This document shows, one piece after another, positions 28,787 to 41,601 of a stretch of 64,000 nucleotides of DNA (position 1 is its first letter; each line of letters begins with the position of its first letter). The notes beneath the pieces are model-generated. The model was not told the origin of the DNA. It was given only the letters and a program-made list of their open reading frames with translations, and did no database searches. The translations under genes and the position numbers were made by a program. This DNA is from Balanoglossus misakiensis (lineage: Eukaryota > Animalia > Hemichordata). Where the stretch lies: the NCBI GenBank assembly GCA_040954595.2, contig CM082586.2:4533125-4597124 (forward strand), in the 5' to 3' direction.

Positions 28787-30667
28787 TTAATGCTGGGATG
28801 CAAGACAGTCCTCAAATGCTGCAACGCGCTGCTTTTCGTTGAGCAACCTCCTCGGTGAAAACATTCTGTCCACCGAGCCCGTCGTTGAACTCGAGCTTTT
28901 ACGGAGGGAACTTGATTGCGCATGCGATGTCGGGTTACTGTTGTCCAGGGAGTAGGTTCTGAAAAGTGCCGGTCTTTTGTGGTTCAGATCCGGCGACCAG
29001 CTCACTTTCTTCGTGGATTTTTGATCGCTGCTGATTTTTTCGGCGCTGGCTTTCAGGCAGCTCTTGGCAACACCGGGACTCCTCCCGCCGCCGTCGTTCG
29101 ATTCGAGAGACGACGAATCGCTGAAGGGGAATATCAGAGAATGGCGACTGAATTTGACGATGTTGTCCTTGTCCGGCAAATCGATGGGTAGCGGCTTCGC
29201 CTTCATGGGTTCCCTGGGCGATCGCGGGGATATCCCCGGGGAGGACTGGGGCGAGAGGTGAGGCGAGTCCTTCAATAGGTTCTGAGGCGATCTTGCCTTA
29301 GGTGGTTTGCTGTCCAGCTTCGGACTTGATGACGTCAGTAGTTCGGGTGGTCTACACGGCATGGTTTTGGATCTTGGCCGCACCTCGGGAAACTTGGTCG
29401 GGGGCGACCCCTTGAATAGAGAATACTCGTCTATAAGGCTGTCTCGCTTTCTTTTCTCTTTGTTCAGGGGCGTGATAATGTTGATAGAGTCACTCATATC
29501 TGCCGACCGGTACGACCGGAGCGGGGGTAAGATTTTCCCTGGGTGCGACCTCGAAGAATTCCCCAGTCCCTCTGTCAGCGATTCGCTCTGACGCATCGGG
29601 ACATCCGTTACCCTCGATGCATGACTTAGAGAATTTGCCTGTCTTGTCTTTATTGCAGATGCGATTTCAATATTCGCCGAAGCCTCCCTTCCTTCAACGG
29701 TTGATTTTGAGCTTGGGGCTACTTGTATTTTCCTAAGTTTCGCGGCCTTGTGGCATTCGTTGGCTGATTCGCCCACGGAGCCGGGTGGCAAACATGTCTG
29801 ACATAAGTTGCGTTCTGTTTGCGCCGGTGACGAGTAGTATGGGAGAGCTGTGGAGTTTTCACTCAGGGACGTGGTCTTGGTAAGCTGCCCTCGGGGTTTG
29901 TCTCCGTTCGCCCGCAAGGACTTCTGCTTGCCGGCATTCGCACCGTTCCAGCTGGGCGGTACGTTCGAATTTGGGTCGCGGACGACCGGGTTGCAGTTGC
30001 CGATGGACTTCCTCCGAACATCCGCGCCGCTGTCCCACTCTGCCGGCCGCATCCCTTGCAACGGAGCGGCGGAATTTCGCCGACTTTCCTTCGTCTCTTT
30101 GGCGGTGTCGCAAATAGGTGTGAAGTTGGTGGTCTTGTTCTCAATGCTGAAGCTGCGAAACAGGCGGCACTGCATGATACGGCGCCGGAAGCCGATCTTT
30201 TGCCGGGGTTCTTCTTCTTTGATGGTAGGGATGACGTTGTCCTCGCGCCATTTTTTATCGGCGCTCTGAAAGCAAACATCGCCCCCTGTGTTGCAATCCA
30301 CCGCCTCGATGGACATGAGTTCTTTATGCGAAACGTCCAACAAAATGTCCTCTTCGGTCTCCTCAAGGGACTCCTCGTGGGAGCCCAGTTCGTGTCCGAT
30401 CTCAATCTTGACCTGTTCGTCGGACAGGGCCAATTTAGCGACGCCGCTCCCGCCGTCACCGAGTCGGAGCTTCCGTATCCGGCCCCGCAGGGCTTGCATC
30501 AGGCCACGTGACGGAGTCTTTCCCTTGTCATCATCAGCCGCGCTGCTGCACGCGTCCTTCTCAACAACCAATCCCCTATCGTTGCCGGATGACGTCACAC
30601 TTGTTACAGGATCTTCCTCGCCGCCAAGGTCGATGCTGAACTCTCTTGTCAAACGCCTACGAGCCAT
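28787..30667 (-). CDS. Uncharacterised 626-aa Ser/Pro/Arg-rich, probably disordered protein (single coding exon)
   Basis: 1881-nt open frame with coding-like GC elevation against AT-rich flanks; splice acceptor ctccag|GTTCAATG 5 nt before the ATG (exon starts 30672); AATAAA on the - strand ~28672-28677; no domain that I recognise. Confidence 0.75.
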   Translation of the reverse strand: MARRRLTREFSIDLGGEEDPVTSVTSSGNDRGLVVEKDACSSAADDDKGKTPSRGLMQALRGRIRKLRLGDGGSGVAKLALSDEQVKIEIGHELGSHEESLEETEEDILLDVSHKELMSIEAVDCNTGGDVCFQSADKKWREDNVIPTIKEEEPRQKIGFRRRIMQCRLFRSFSIENKTTNFTPICDTAKETKESRRNSAAPLQGMRPAEWDSGADVRRKSIGNCNPVVRDPNSNVPPSWNGANAGKQKSLRANGDKPRGQLTKTTSLSENSTALPYYSSPAQTERNLCQTCLPPGSVGESANECHKAAKLRKIQVAPSSKSTVEGREASANIEIASAIKTRQANSLSHASRVTDVPMRQSESLTEGLGNSSRSHPGKILPPLRSYRSADMSDSINIITPLNKEKRKRDSLIDEYSLFKGSPPTKFPEVRPRSKTMPCRPPELLTSSSPKLDSKPPKARSPQNLLKDSPHLSPQSSPGISPRSPREPMKAKPLPIDLPDKDNIVKFSRHSLIFPFSDSSSLESNDGGGRSPGVAKSCLKASAEKISSDQKSTKKVSWSPDLNHKRPALFRTYSLDNSNPTSHAQSSSLRKSSSSTTGSVDRMFSPRRLLNEKQRVAAFEDCLASQH

Positions 30668-32200
30668 TGAACCTGGAGCGGTGAAATATAAGACAGAATG
30701 AAGTGATTAATTTCTTCATTAAGACGCGATCAGCTGCGCTTACGCGAGAGGAACCATGGCAACACAGAGAAACCCTTATTATTATCAATTGATATAAGCC
30801 CAAAATGTCAACACAAAAGTATTAGACAGGCTTCGGGCTTATGCAAACGTAGACATCATTAATAATCCTTCAATCTGGGAAGTGAAATCTATCGCGTTAA
30901 TATGTTAACAAGACCGGTTTTCTAGCACAAAAAGTATTCGAGATTTGATTTCTTGAAAAAACCTAAAAATAGTTAACTTTTTATTGTTTTTTTATTACAT
31001 TTTTTTTTCAGAAAATGCAATTCTTAGAATTTTACTGAAAAAAAAAAACATTTTCCAAAATTGGCAATACACTTTCACAGAATTCAGTCGATTCATGCGA
31101 TATTTCTTTATATATGTCTTATCATCACAAAATGTTTCCAATGGTGTTCTGTGTGAGCGTACCACAACGCTGACACGTATATCCTATTACACACAACATC
31201 ACATATGTATGAACAAGTTAAAATGCGATGTCAAAAGATAGGAGATCAGCTTAAAGGCTTTCCATGGCTGTGGCGTGTTCACCCCACCTGTGTCCCAGGG
31301 AAAAGAATATGCCAAATCTCGGTCAAAAATTCACAACGGTGGGCACAGCAACAAGAGAGTAGATTCATCACCCACACACGTCTTGAAAAACATCTCGCCG
31401 ACAACCATGCATACATGTTAAATAAAGAGATCAAATATTTATGTAATGCTGGAAACAGCTTAGCATTGATGACCTTTCTAATGAAGGGAACAACAATGGC
31501 TGAATCTGAAAACGATATTGTGGTAAAAACTGAATCTAGGTTATTTGTCAAACACATCCTGTCGTTTGTTTGTTTACAATGTACTGTGGAGATTTATAGG
31601 GCTTAATTTTAATCATATTATCACGCAGCAAACATACTGCTAATCCGGCAATGGTGATATTAATAATTACTGTGATTTTCATAACTATGACGCATGCCAC
31701 GTCTCTGCTTTGTTTGTCTTGTGTTTCCCCTGCAGTTTCTTGCTCGAATCCCTGAAGCCTGGTGTATTTAGCTTATCAATACAGCCTACATGTGATTGAG
31801 TCAGCGTTGTTGTTGTTGTTGAAAATTGGCTTCAGGTCAGGACTGGAAAACGTTAGTCGACAACATTATTGGTAGTTTCACATATTGCAAGTAATATTGG
31901 CACAAGCATACTGGATATGGTAGCATGCTGTATGAAGCAGAACAAGAAAATTCTCCAAAAACAGATATAGAACAATAATATTGCCGGAATGGCCAAAATT
32001 TACATGTAAAGCTTATATCCGTTTAATACACTCGAGTTTACGCCATTACATGTTTTCCTTAGTCATGCCCGGCAAATTGCTCTGTACAGAGCTTGATCAA
32101 GTTTTCATTTTAATCCGTTTTGCGGTCGGAAATTAAAGGGTGACGTCAAGATTTCATTCGGCTTCCGTAGTTCATTTATTGACCTTGTAGAAACCCACTA

Positions 32201-32300
32201 TGCTTGCCTGGCTGCCTGCCTGTCTGTCTGTCTATCTGCCTGTCTGTCTATCTATCTGTCTGTCTGTCTGTCTGTCTGTGTGTCTGCCTGCCTGTCTGTA
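32201..32300. repeat. (TCTG/GCCT)n microsatellite
   Basis: gcctgcctgtctgtctgtctatctgcctgtctg... read directly; similar (TCTG)n tracts at ~25536-25575 and ~61364-61405. Confidence 0.9.
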
Positions 32301-33477
32301 TGCCCGCCTTCTCGTCTCTCTCCGCAACTACAAACACAACATTCTCTTCTTTCAGCGGTGCCACACATCAATTTATAATACATGTAACATTTTACTGAAA
32401 ATCACAAGTCATCGGATCATACTTGCATACTCCCCGTCGTCATGAAAATACAATTTGCATTTTTGAGAAAGAGGAGAACGGACTCCATCTGATAGAATCT
32501 CTCTTATATAGCCATAAAATGTCCATTGATTGTTCACCATAGCGTGGTGACCACGCTGTCCCTGTCATCATCAATTTTGCGCACGTCGATTGTATGGCGC
32601 CACATATGTGTGCCGGCACACGTTCGCCATGGCACTGCGCTTGGGAAAGTGCCTTCGACGACAAGACAAATCCTTTCGCGTTTTCCATCACGCTTTTCCC
32701 GGAGAGCCAGCTATACAGTGTCGCTAAAGCTCCGCGACTCTCCGCAACCTCCCACTCACGTCACTCCGATATGTTTACTTGCTTTTCCGCAAATGTTGAC
32801 ACGCGAGATTGGTTTTAACCCACACCCTAAACCTTTAAACACCGCCGACAGAACGCGCGGTGCATTTCCAACGGGTCACGTCGGGGATACGTATATCATG
32901 CGCTTTTTATTAGCGTCACATGTCAAAAGCAAATAGGCAGTGCCGTAATGGAAAGTGAAATCAAAACGTGACTTTTTCTAATTTCCATGAGAGGGGAGTT
33001 TTTGATTCCGCGTATGTATAAAAAGGGGTATTTACAATCTTCAATACGTTTGGTTTATTATTTCCAATCAAAGGTTATCTCTTCTTGATCTTATCTATTT
33101 AGTCTACAAATATCTATCCAGTCTACACACTATCTATTCCGTTCATCTGCCCGTCTCATCTTTCATGGTTGTACGCTGCCACATATCATTATAGGCGTTC
33201 TGCGTCTTATACGGATTTTAAGTCGACCATGTTTTAATATTTTAGTATTTCTTTCCTGGTTTCGCAAACAGGTGGCTGATCGTCAGGCGTTTTGGGGGTC
33301 ACGGTGCGGTACACCTGATACGGGCGCCGTTTTGGCGCTAACACTCCGGTGACATTGTAAGTGCGCCAGGGGATCGCCAACAACTTATCATTATGAAATC
33401 TCTACATTAATAATTCATCTTGGCTTGTGTTCTGGGAGAGTGTGATGCGGACGGAGAGGAAGTCACGAATCGTTATG

Positions 33478-33690
33478 AATTTCCTCGTTAATCTCGGTTG
33501 GCGCACGTGATTTAATCAGCAAACCAAGTCAAGATTAAACAAGACAAAACAATGTTATTGTATCAGCGACAGTCACGAGTTTTTCCCTTTAAAATTTCTC
33601 GTTAACCTCGGCTGGTACACGTGATGCAATTAGCAAACCAAGACAAGATTAAACAAGACAAGACAAAGCTTTTGTATTAGCCACAGTCAC
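33478..33690. repeat. ~115-bp diverged tandem duplication, each unit with a CACGTG E-box
   Basis: ctcgttaa(t/c)ctcgg(t/c)tgg..cacgtgat..aat(c/t)agcaaaccaag(t/a)caagattaaacaagacaa..tgtat(c/t)agc(g/c)acagtcac occurs twice. Confidence 0.85.
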
Positions 33691-36600
33691 CTCAGTCAAT
33701 TTGTCGGTAGTCTGGTAATGATGTTTTCCAGGTACAAATGTATAAATAATCCAGGAAAAAAAACATCCGGAAAACATTAATTTCAGGGTCTGTTTCTCCT
33801 ACCCAAATCCATCTTTAGCCGATCTTCCCTCTGTAATGCAGCCAGCATTTTATATATATGTACTGCCATAGATTAAACCACAATACAGAGATACGCTACG
33901 GGAATGAAATAGCTAGTTCTCCCACCTCACGGTTGAAAGAAAGGCAAAGATGGTTCAATTGGAATGAACCGCCCAGACACCTGACAATATGATTATTATT
34001 TTTTCTGTTTGGCCGTGGTAGTGATTCAGAACAACCTGATGAATAGAAGTCTCTCTATTCGACCCGATATTTCTCGGCAAGTACAGTAACATCACCGTAT
34101 TGCTTAGCAACAGTTGAAACCTGCCATTTTCTGCGCGTGTACCGATCATAACCCTTCGCCGCGACAACACAAACGTTTGGCGAGTGAGGAAAATAACATG
34201 TCTATACCTAATAACAGGATATTGTGTACTCACCTTATAACCTGTGCTTCCTGTATATAACTTGACTCGCCAGGCTCGCCCCGATGAAATGAGACCCGTC
34301 AGGAAATTATCATACTATGGTGCGTTTTCTCTGTAATATCCATATACAGGGTGGCATAATTGTCAACGTCAACACGGTCCAATCCAGTAAATGCTATTTC
34401 TTTCCCGAGAGGACGGAACAGCCACGTGATGCGGATCCGCGCTCGGCGCGCACCGCACTTTCTAACCTCCTTGCTTGATGTATCCCGCCGAAATCAGTGC
34501 TTCTGTGACCGGAGTCGAGCCAGCACTAATGTGAACCACTGTTTACTCCCCCTGTGTGCAAAAAAAAAAAAAAAAAAATAGCAATGCGCAGGTCAACTTT
34601 CTGCTGAACGTACTGTACACCACATGTACTGTACACACGCCTACGTCTCACCGCTGAAGTGATGGGTATCATGGCTGTATACAGGAGCACGGGCCCAGCT
34701 TTGACTCCACACGCGATTAGCCAAATAAACCGAGACCATACAAACGAAAGTTGGCGTGTCTCAGCGCTTCAGTACACGTATATGGACTCCCGGCAAATTG
34801 TGCTTAGCTGTCATGTTAAGACAACTCCCTCGCTTCGGCGGTTACATGTACAAGTACCTGCCATTCTCCTCCATAAAGCGCACTGTCAGATACACAATCG
34901 ATACTGAACCAAATTCGCTCATTACGGAACAGCGTTTTTCCTGTATACGTATAATGCGATGGAGATTTTCCATAGCGCGCCTACCTGCCTTACCTAAATT
35001 TGTTACGGAGGGGACTCTGTCTGTTGTTGATAGTCCGTGCATCTGTTCCCCAGTGAGCTAATAAATGTTCTCTTTATTGTATGCTATCCAGGCATCACGT
35101 GAAGTATACTTTGTAATAATAAATTAAACTCGCTGAAATCTGCGATGTCAAAGGCCCTTTACGCGAAAACCTAGTCGGAAACGTTCACGGCAGCGTCCGA
35201 ATGACGTCATCGCGTCGGAGAGAGCTGCGTTGCTTACGTCGGTGTGTCAACGAAACATTTAAATTTTCCGTTGTTTTCTGCTGTCCGTGATGATCTTTAA
35301 GAAGAAAAAAAATATATCGAACGTGGATTGGTGCCCTCCATGCAAACAGTCGCGACACGTCAGCGTGCGTTTTTCGGCGTCACCGACTCAATTGCCGTGT
35401 CTCCAACAAAACGCGCGTTTAGCCCTATTATTCATCTATCATCCGTTACTATGGAAACATCATTGAGATTCTATCCGACAATAAACGCCGAGTAAATGTA
35501 TTGTCGCGTTCACCTCTAAATACCAAGTATCACGTGTCGCCGTCGCTTTTCTTGAGCAAAAATTGGAGCTCATTTTTTTTCAAGGCTTTATATCTCTAAG
35601 GCACAACAGACTCGACGTGATATGAGCATATGATTTAAGGTCTAAACATTAATCTTGGCGCGGTATTAGATATTATCCACAAGCTTGTGGTTATCTATCA
35701 TTACCTTCTCCCTGATATGCACAGATGCTGCTCGGAGATGAAGCTAGAAGAAAGCGAACAACCCACCATCAAAGTAATATAGGCATAATAGCCGTACTGA
35801 ACCCAACCACTTGCTCACTCTCGTTTGACATATATCAGACAACCACGTAATTTGTCCTCAAAGAATGTCATAAATTAGCAATCCCCGAACGAAACCAAAT
35901 CGGCTCTTGAGGATGAAATTACGCGGGGGTATTGGACGATATTGCACGTTCGTGTCAACAAGTCGGCCGACGTGAAACGTGAAACATCCCGATTACTGGC
36001 AACGAAAAGCGTTGTCTCGATTTGTCGACCTTGTCTGCCACTGCGCGTCACCGCGGCTGTCGGGCAATTCTAAGTTTGCGAGGATTCTTGGCCTGCCAGT
36101 ACTTTTAAAAACAACAACATTGCGGTGAGTTGCAAGTGATCTGGGGACATGATAGCCTATTGGGACGAAGCAATGAAAAATTTATATACACGGTCGGTGT
36201 AACCTACATTGGGAATACATGTACGGCGAAACATTGTTATTCCGCTACTTGCTATTTGCGTGCACGCACATTTCCTTCATTCAGATCACAGAAAAGCGCA
36301 AGATAATCTATTTTACCTGCTTATTATAGCCCAATTTGTCGTTTTATGTGCGTGTATCTGTACGTGTAATAAGTTTTAACATTCTTAGTCAGTGACCATG
36401 CATTATCCAATTATTGAGTTTTATTCAATGGGGCGAGGCCTTGTACAGAAAATAATCGAAGCCGGTGTTCTGTGAGTAAGTCGAGAGTCAAAACACATCT
36501 TCTGACGAGCAAGAAGTCCTCACTTGAAACAAAAAGTATTAACATGTATTTCCGTCGAGAGAAGTTGAGAGGCGGCCCTCGGGCGACTGTGCTTGTACCG

Positions 36601-39600
36601 GTTAGGTACTCAGATGCATATCTATTACTTACCGTCAAATTATGGCTGTGCGCACGACGGGGAGAGATTTTCTCAAAAAATTGATGGTCCTCCAAACCGT
36701 TCAATTCTATGTAATAATCCGGTGTTATATGAGGGTGTGCAAGGGGTGTTTTAAAAACTTTAAAGAAATCTTGGTGTTCACCGTCTTGGTTTCAAAAATT
36801 TAGCTACTTCAAATTTTCTCCATAAAGCTAACACAGATAATGGCGGCCATTTTGAATTTCCTGGTGGAAAGCGGAAAGCGTTATTGTACAATTTAATTCA
36901 TTGACATTTGTGTGCAAAAAGCAATATCTAGGTAATTTGCTCTGCGTCCATTGTTCTTGTCGACTGGCCATGCTGCGTCAACAGGTGGACTCGCCGCGGA
37001 ATACTCAATGGCACAGCTTTGCAGAATACCCCCCATCGCCACTTTCCCTTCTGAAGACTTTCATTTCGCTCAGCCTAGTTCAATGCCACTGTTGTGAAGG
37101 CGGGCGGTTGCTACGGCAACCTTGCATCCCGTGGTCTAATGAAAGGGCGAGTATAGCCGGAGGCGACACGTTATCACTGCATCCCATTTGAAAACACATA
37201 AAACATGGCGGGGATGACGTCTGCCCCGTTCTTTTACAATAACAACGTCCTTTCAATTTAGTGAAGATTCGTGTTCGGAGAAATCGTTCCATTTTCTTCC
37301 AAGAACGACATTATATTTCAACATGTCTTTAGGAGTAGAACTTACAATAAGTAGTAGTTGAATAACAGAACTAAACATTAGTTGAAAACCATCTGATTTA
37401 CGACTACTGCATTTACTGAGTAGTTCTTGTTCGGTGGGAGTATAATTATAATGCGACACGTTGCCGCAACCACATGCCAAAGTGTTCTGATCTAATTTGT
37501 GAAAGACCGAAGAAAAATCACCGCAAATACTCTAGGCAATACAGTGTTTGATAGAAATTCTTAATCGTGTTTACCTTAGTCACTAATATATCTTAACCCT
37601 TCATTAAATCTGGCATGGCCCTGCATGATTTAGACTGATCGCCCTAAAATCATGGCCTGCGATCACGTTTGAATGTTTGCGCCGTTAAAAAAATAGGTCA
37701 GATGCCTACCAGGATTCGCTGTAAGTTTCCGATGAAAACCACTTCATGGTAGACATTGCTTTATTGATATTACATGCCAAATTATCAACTTCTTCATTTC
37801 TTAAAATCAACGGTGTAAGCTTACTGATGTAGGCACCTTACCGACCCCATCTTTATCGTATTTTCTATTGTTGGATTTTTTTCTCCGTACCGAACAAGTC
37901 TGTGCACAGACTCAAATGCTACATCTCCGCTGTTTCTATTGTCAGCAGCGTGTATTGTACCAAGGAGTTTAATGACAGCAGTGTGTCACCGTTAATACGT
38001 GTGTTAGACGCGTCTTTTCACCAGAAGAACATTAGACACACCTTTATATAAAATATCAATCTTTTCTTGTTACGAACTATCACTTTCCTGGCAGTGTCTC
38101 CAGGAGCAGTGAAACAACAACAGCGGGAAAAACAAGTTAGTTGGCGTGATGTGTAGAATTTCAGACAACAAACATTTAAGCTTTAATAACATATCTTAAT
38201 ATGAACTCCACATCCGTTATCTGACGTCAATGATGGGAGGTATCGGAGCAACGAACGATTACCATCGCCTCATCTGATATTAGACTTGTTTATGTCAACA
38301 TCTAATTTAAACAATACTTTGAAACAAATCCCTTTCTTAATCTGCAACAGCGGCAAGGTCATACACGTGACAAAGGATAGTAAACAGAGATACAATCTAA
38401 CATGGCCGCCATTCAGAGGTAGATGGCTCCGACTCAGGCGAAAACAGTCTGATTCCAGACGGCGATAAATGCAAGTATAAGTTATAAACTAGCGGAGCAT
38501 AGCCACCGACCAACCGGGTTATGACACTGATAATACTCAGTCTCTTCAATAATCTAAAAATTTGTACTTCGAAAAAAAAACCAAGGTTTTTCCTTCAATT
38601 ATTCTTGTTCACCCATTTCTTATGGCATAGTGGCGTCGGTTTCGCAAGGTCCATTGTATTCTTCCAAGAACTATGCGTTACCCGAAGCCCGTGTTTTCTT
38701 ATCGCGACATATATAAATAAGACATGCATAAGCACAATGGTTGCCGTCTTCCCCATTATGGCAAAATCAATACAAATCTCGACAAGAATCACCACTCACG
38801 TTTTCTTCGAGGTTATCTCATTACTCTGCCCTTGCTAGAGGCACGTGTGTCGTCAAAGTAGACAACGATCACGGGGGTACAAAAAGAGACATGATCACGT
38901 AAACTTTAAGCTATGCGCAAGACCAGCATATTTGCTTGTTAACTGTTACTGTTCAAATTCGTGTAGCAAATCTTAGAGTTAGTTATATGGTACATGTACT
39001 CGAATGATGTATCGATTTCGCTCCAAATGGGTCCTTGTCTTATACTGTTGTGTACTTCCAGGGATGTAGGGAGATTAAACATGAATAATAAATGGGATTT
39101 TAAGATTTATGAGTCATTTTTAGTGTGTAGCCGTATCATGAATTATATACAGCATTGTTGATGTGGAAAACGTGATCCGTTTCCGAGGTGAGTCGCCAAC
39201 GCGCTTTTTGGGTTGGTCGTTGACAAGCGCCAATTTTCTGCCTGTCAGACGTCATTAAATTAATTTGAACACATTTTAGTTATCGCTTACTCGAAATTAA
39301 GCGTTACTTGTCTGTTTAATCGCGTTTTGTTGACTTAAAGAATTAATATTTACGTACCTTGCAATATTTTAAGCAGAGTACGTTCTCAGAAAGCCCTCGA
39401 ACTCCCCAAGTGGGTCAAATGTTTGCATGCGGCCGTATTTTGCAGCGTGATGGTCATGTGCAGAAATATTCGCACCAAAAACGACGTCGTTAAAAAGCTC
39501 ACTTTGTCAATTCCGTCCAGATTGAACCTTAATTGCCGAGTTTCGTTTCGTGTTCGCAAAGCTTCCACTAAGACACGCAAAAGCCTACATCACAAATTGA

Positions 39601-41513
39601 GTCTACTAACGAGGCAGCGTCTTGTCAAATCTGACTCAGAAATGATATGGCTGAATGACGTGTACTCGCAGACTGTCTCGGCCGATTTATCACCAAAATT
39701 GAGACTGATGATTGTGTGGATACGTTGTCTGCTGTAAATAATTTTAATTTAGAGGCAGACGCAGCTGCCCTCAAGCACTTCTTGATCGAACCTCAAACCT
39801 ACGATAACAGATAAAAATCTTATTTTTCAGATTATGACGGCGAGCTTGGCAAGCCAAAGGGCAAAGCCCTTTCAGGTTGGATGTTTAGAACTTTAACATA
39901 AGCTCTATTTCTAAGAAAAACCTCCTGGGTCGAGATTTTCTGTCTACGTGCCCTCAAGTCAGACTGCACCTCAAAAATCAAAGCGACTTAAAAGTTTCCT
40001 TATATTTTGCCCATGGCGACTTTAGATTATTCTCTCTTGCAAAATTGTAAACGAGATAGCCAAATTGTCTTAATCGTAGAGTTCAAAATGGCCCCCAATT
40101 TCTTCACTAACTCTATCGAAAAAAATAAAGGTGAGTTTTGTGAAAATAAGAAGGTCAACATCCTGTTTTCTTCCCCGTGGCATATCAAACACTAACATTT
40201 GATATGGATTCCGAATCGACTAAATGTCATTTCGATACCGTCACGTTGAAAGCGCACAGTATTAGCGACGTCAAAACAGTCTGGATGCTGCACACCTACT
40301 GTTCCATAATTGATCTTACGTCCGGCTTGAAAAGTTGTCAAAAAAGCTTATAGTCAAAAAGACTAATCGCACGGTTTTATATGATAAAGCATTAAAAGGT
40401 TTGGAGGACTAGATTTTTTTTTCTGAAAATCCGTCCCCGAAGCGCGTAGTACCTTAACTTGAATTCATTATCAAAACCACTGAAATTCCAGCTTTTACAC
40501 AAGACAGGGTAGCGACATGCCTAGAACACTGCCTTTTCCGCATGCTAAATGTATTTGTTTTAACAGTGATGTTAACAACCCTGAACTTGTTTTTCGATCG
40601 GTAACCATAGTAACCCTTGGAGACCGAGTCTGAAGTATCGACCTAATGATATCCAGCGAAATTCGACACTTTTATTAATGTTCGGTTTACTGGGGAGTTT
40701 GTTCAACCTCAACCAACGCTAATTGGCCAAACCTGATTGGGAATAATGACCCCCACCCTCCGGTCCAGCAGGATTTTTACTAGTTTTATGTTTTATGCAG
40801 GTTTTAATTGATTGCAGCAGAATATTTCTCGATGGGTGGTCCGCGAATGTCATCTTCAATGTCAAATACAATTTCATAAACTGTTTGCTATGGGAAACAT
40901 TATAACAAGAAGGAGCAGAATATCGACTGTCACAAGAACCGTCCCTTCATCATCTGGGGAAATGCACGGCTTTGTTTTTTTCACAATGATATAAAGCACA
41001 ACCCTCTTGACATCTTGTGTCTCCCACTAGCAACAGTTGCCACTGGCAACCCCGTCTTTAGTTACGCAACACCCTCTAGATAGCATCTTAGGTTAACGCT
41101 TTTTTCCTGGAAAAAGGGTCAAGCACTATAATTCCTGATGGAAGGGATTTCGTAATGAATATTATCTTACAAAATGTAACATGTGGTTTGAGGGTAACAG
41201 GATGCAGAGCGCACGTGCCGCTGAAATGCAAAATGAATGCGGCATAGTAAAATTAAAATTATTGCTAAGTTTTTTTCCCCAAGATTTTGACAACTAAAAT
41301 CATGACAATGTACTGATTATTTCACAATAACTTCAGCACGGATGGTCTGCCGTGAATAAACCTTGCATTTGTAACAAGAATTGTAGGGTTTCATATCGTA
41401 GACTCGAACCCAATTGTTCTAGGTCACCGATGGTGCGGAACGACAAGCGAGGTCAACGACAAAATGTCATAAGATAATGCACTCATCATAATACAAGGAG
41501 CCAGTGTAACGGT

Positions 41514-41601
41514 ACTCACGGGTGTTGATGGAGTCGGTCAAGGAAAGACAGAGATCACCAGATTTCGATTGACGTCAGGCGTGCGTCAGTTGCTTAGCAA
41601 C
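41514..41601 (-). promoter_or_regulatory. Candidate promoter and short non-coding first exon (RFX X-box + CRE + splice donor)
   Basis: X-box GTTGCTTAGCAAC 41589-41601, half-CRE TGCGTCA 41582-41588, CRE TGACGTCA 41570-41577, - strand donor GTGAGT at 41519-41514; second X-box GTTACTATGGCAAC 41920-41933. Confidence 0.5.

Noticed and set aside
28916-30701. Many overlapping + strand and alternate-frame ORFs of 65-198 aa
   Set aside because: Shadow ORFs of the GC-rich 626-aa coding exon; no independent coding signal
27100-40460. Scattered degenerate repeat fragments (TTAAGGTA.., ATGGCGGCCATTTTGAATTTC, CTCGGGGACAGAT at ~27230, ~27900-28200, ~28740, ~36770-36860, ~39900-40455)
   Set aside because: Probably old DNA-transposon remnants, but boundaries and family cannot be defined by eye
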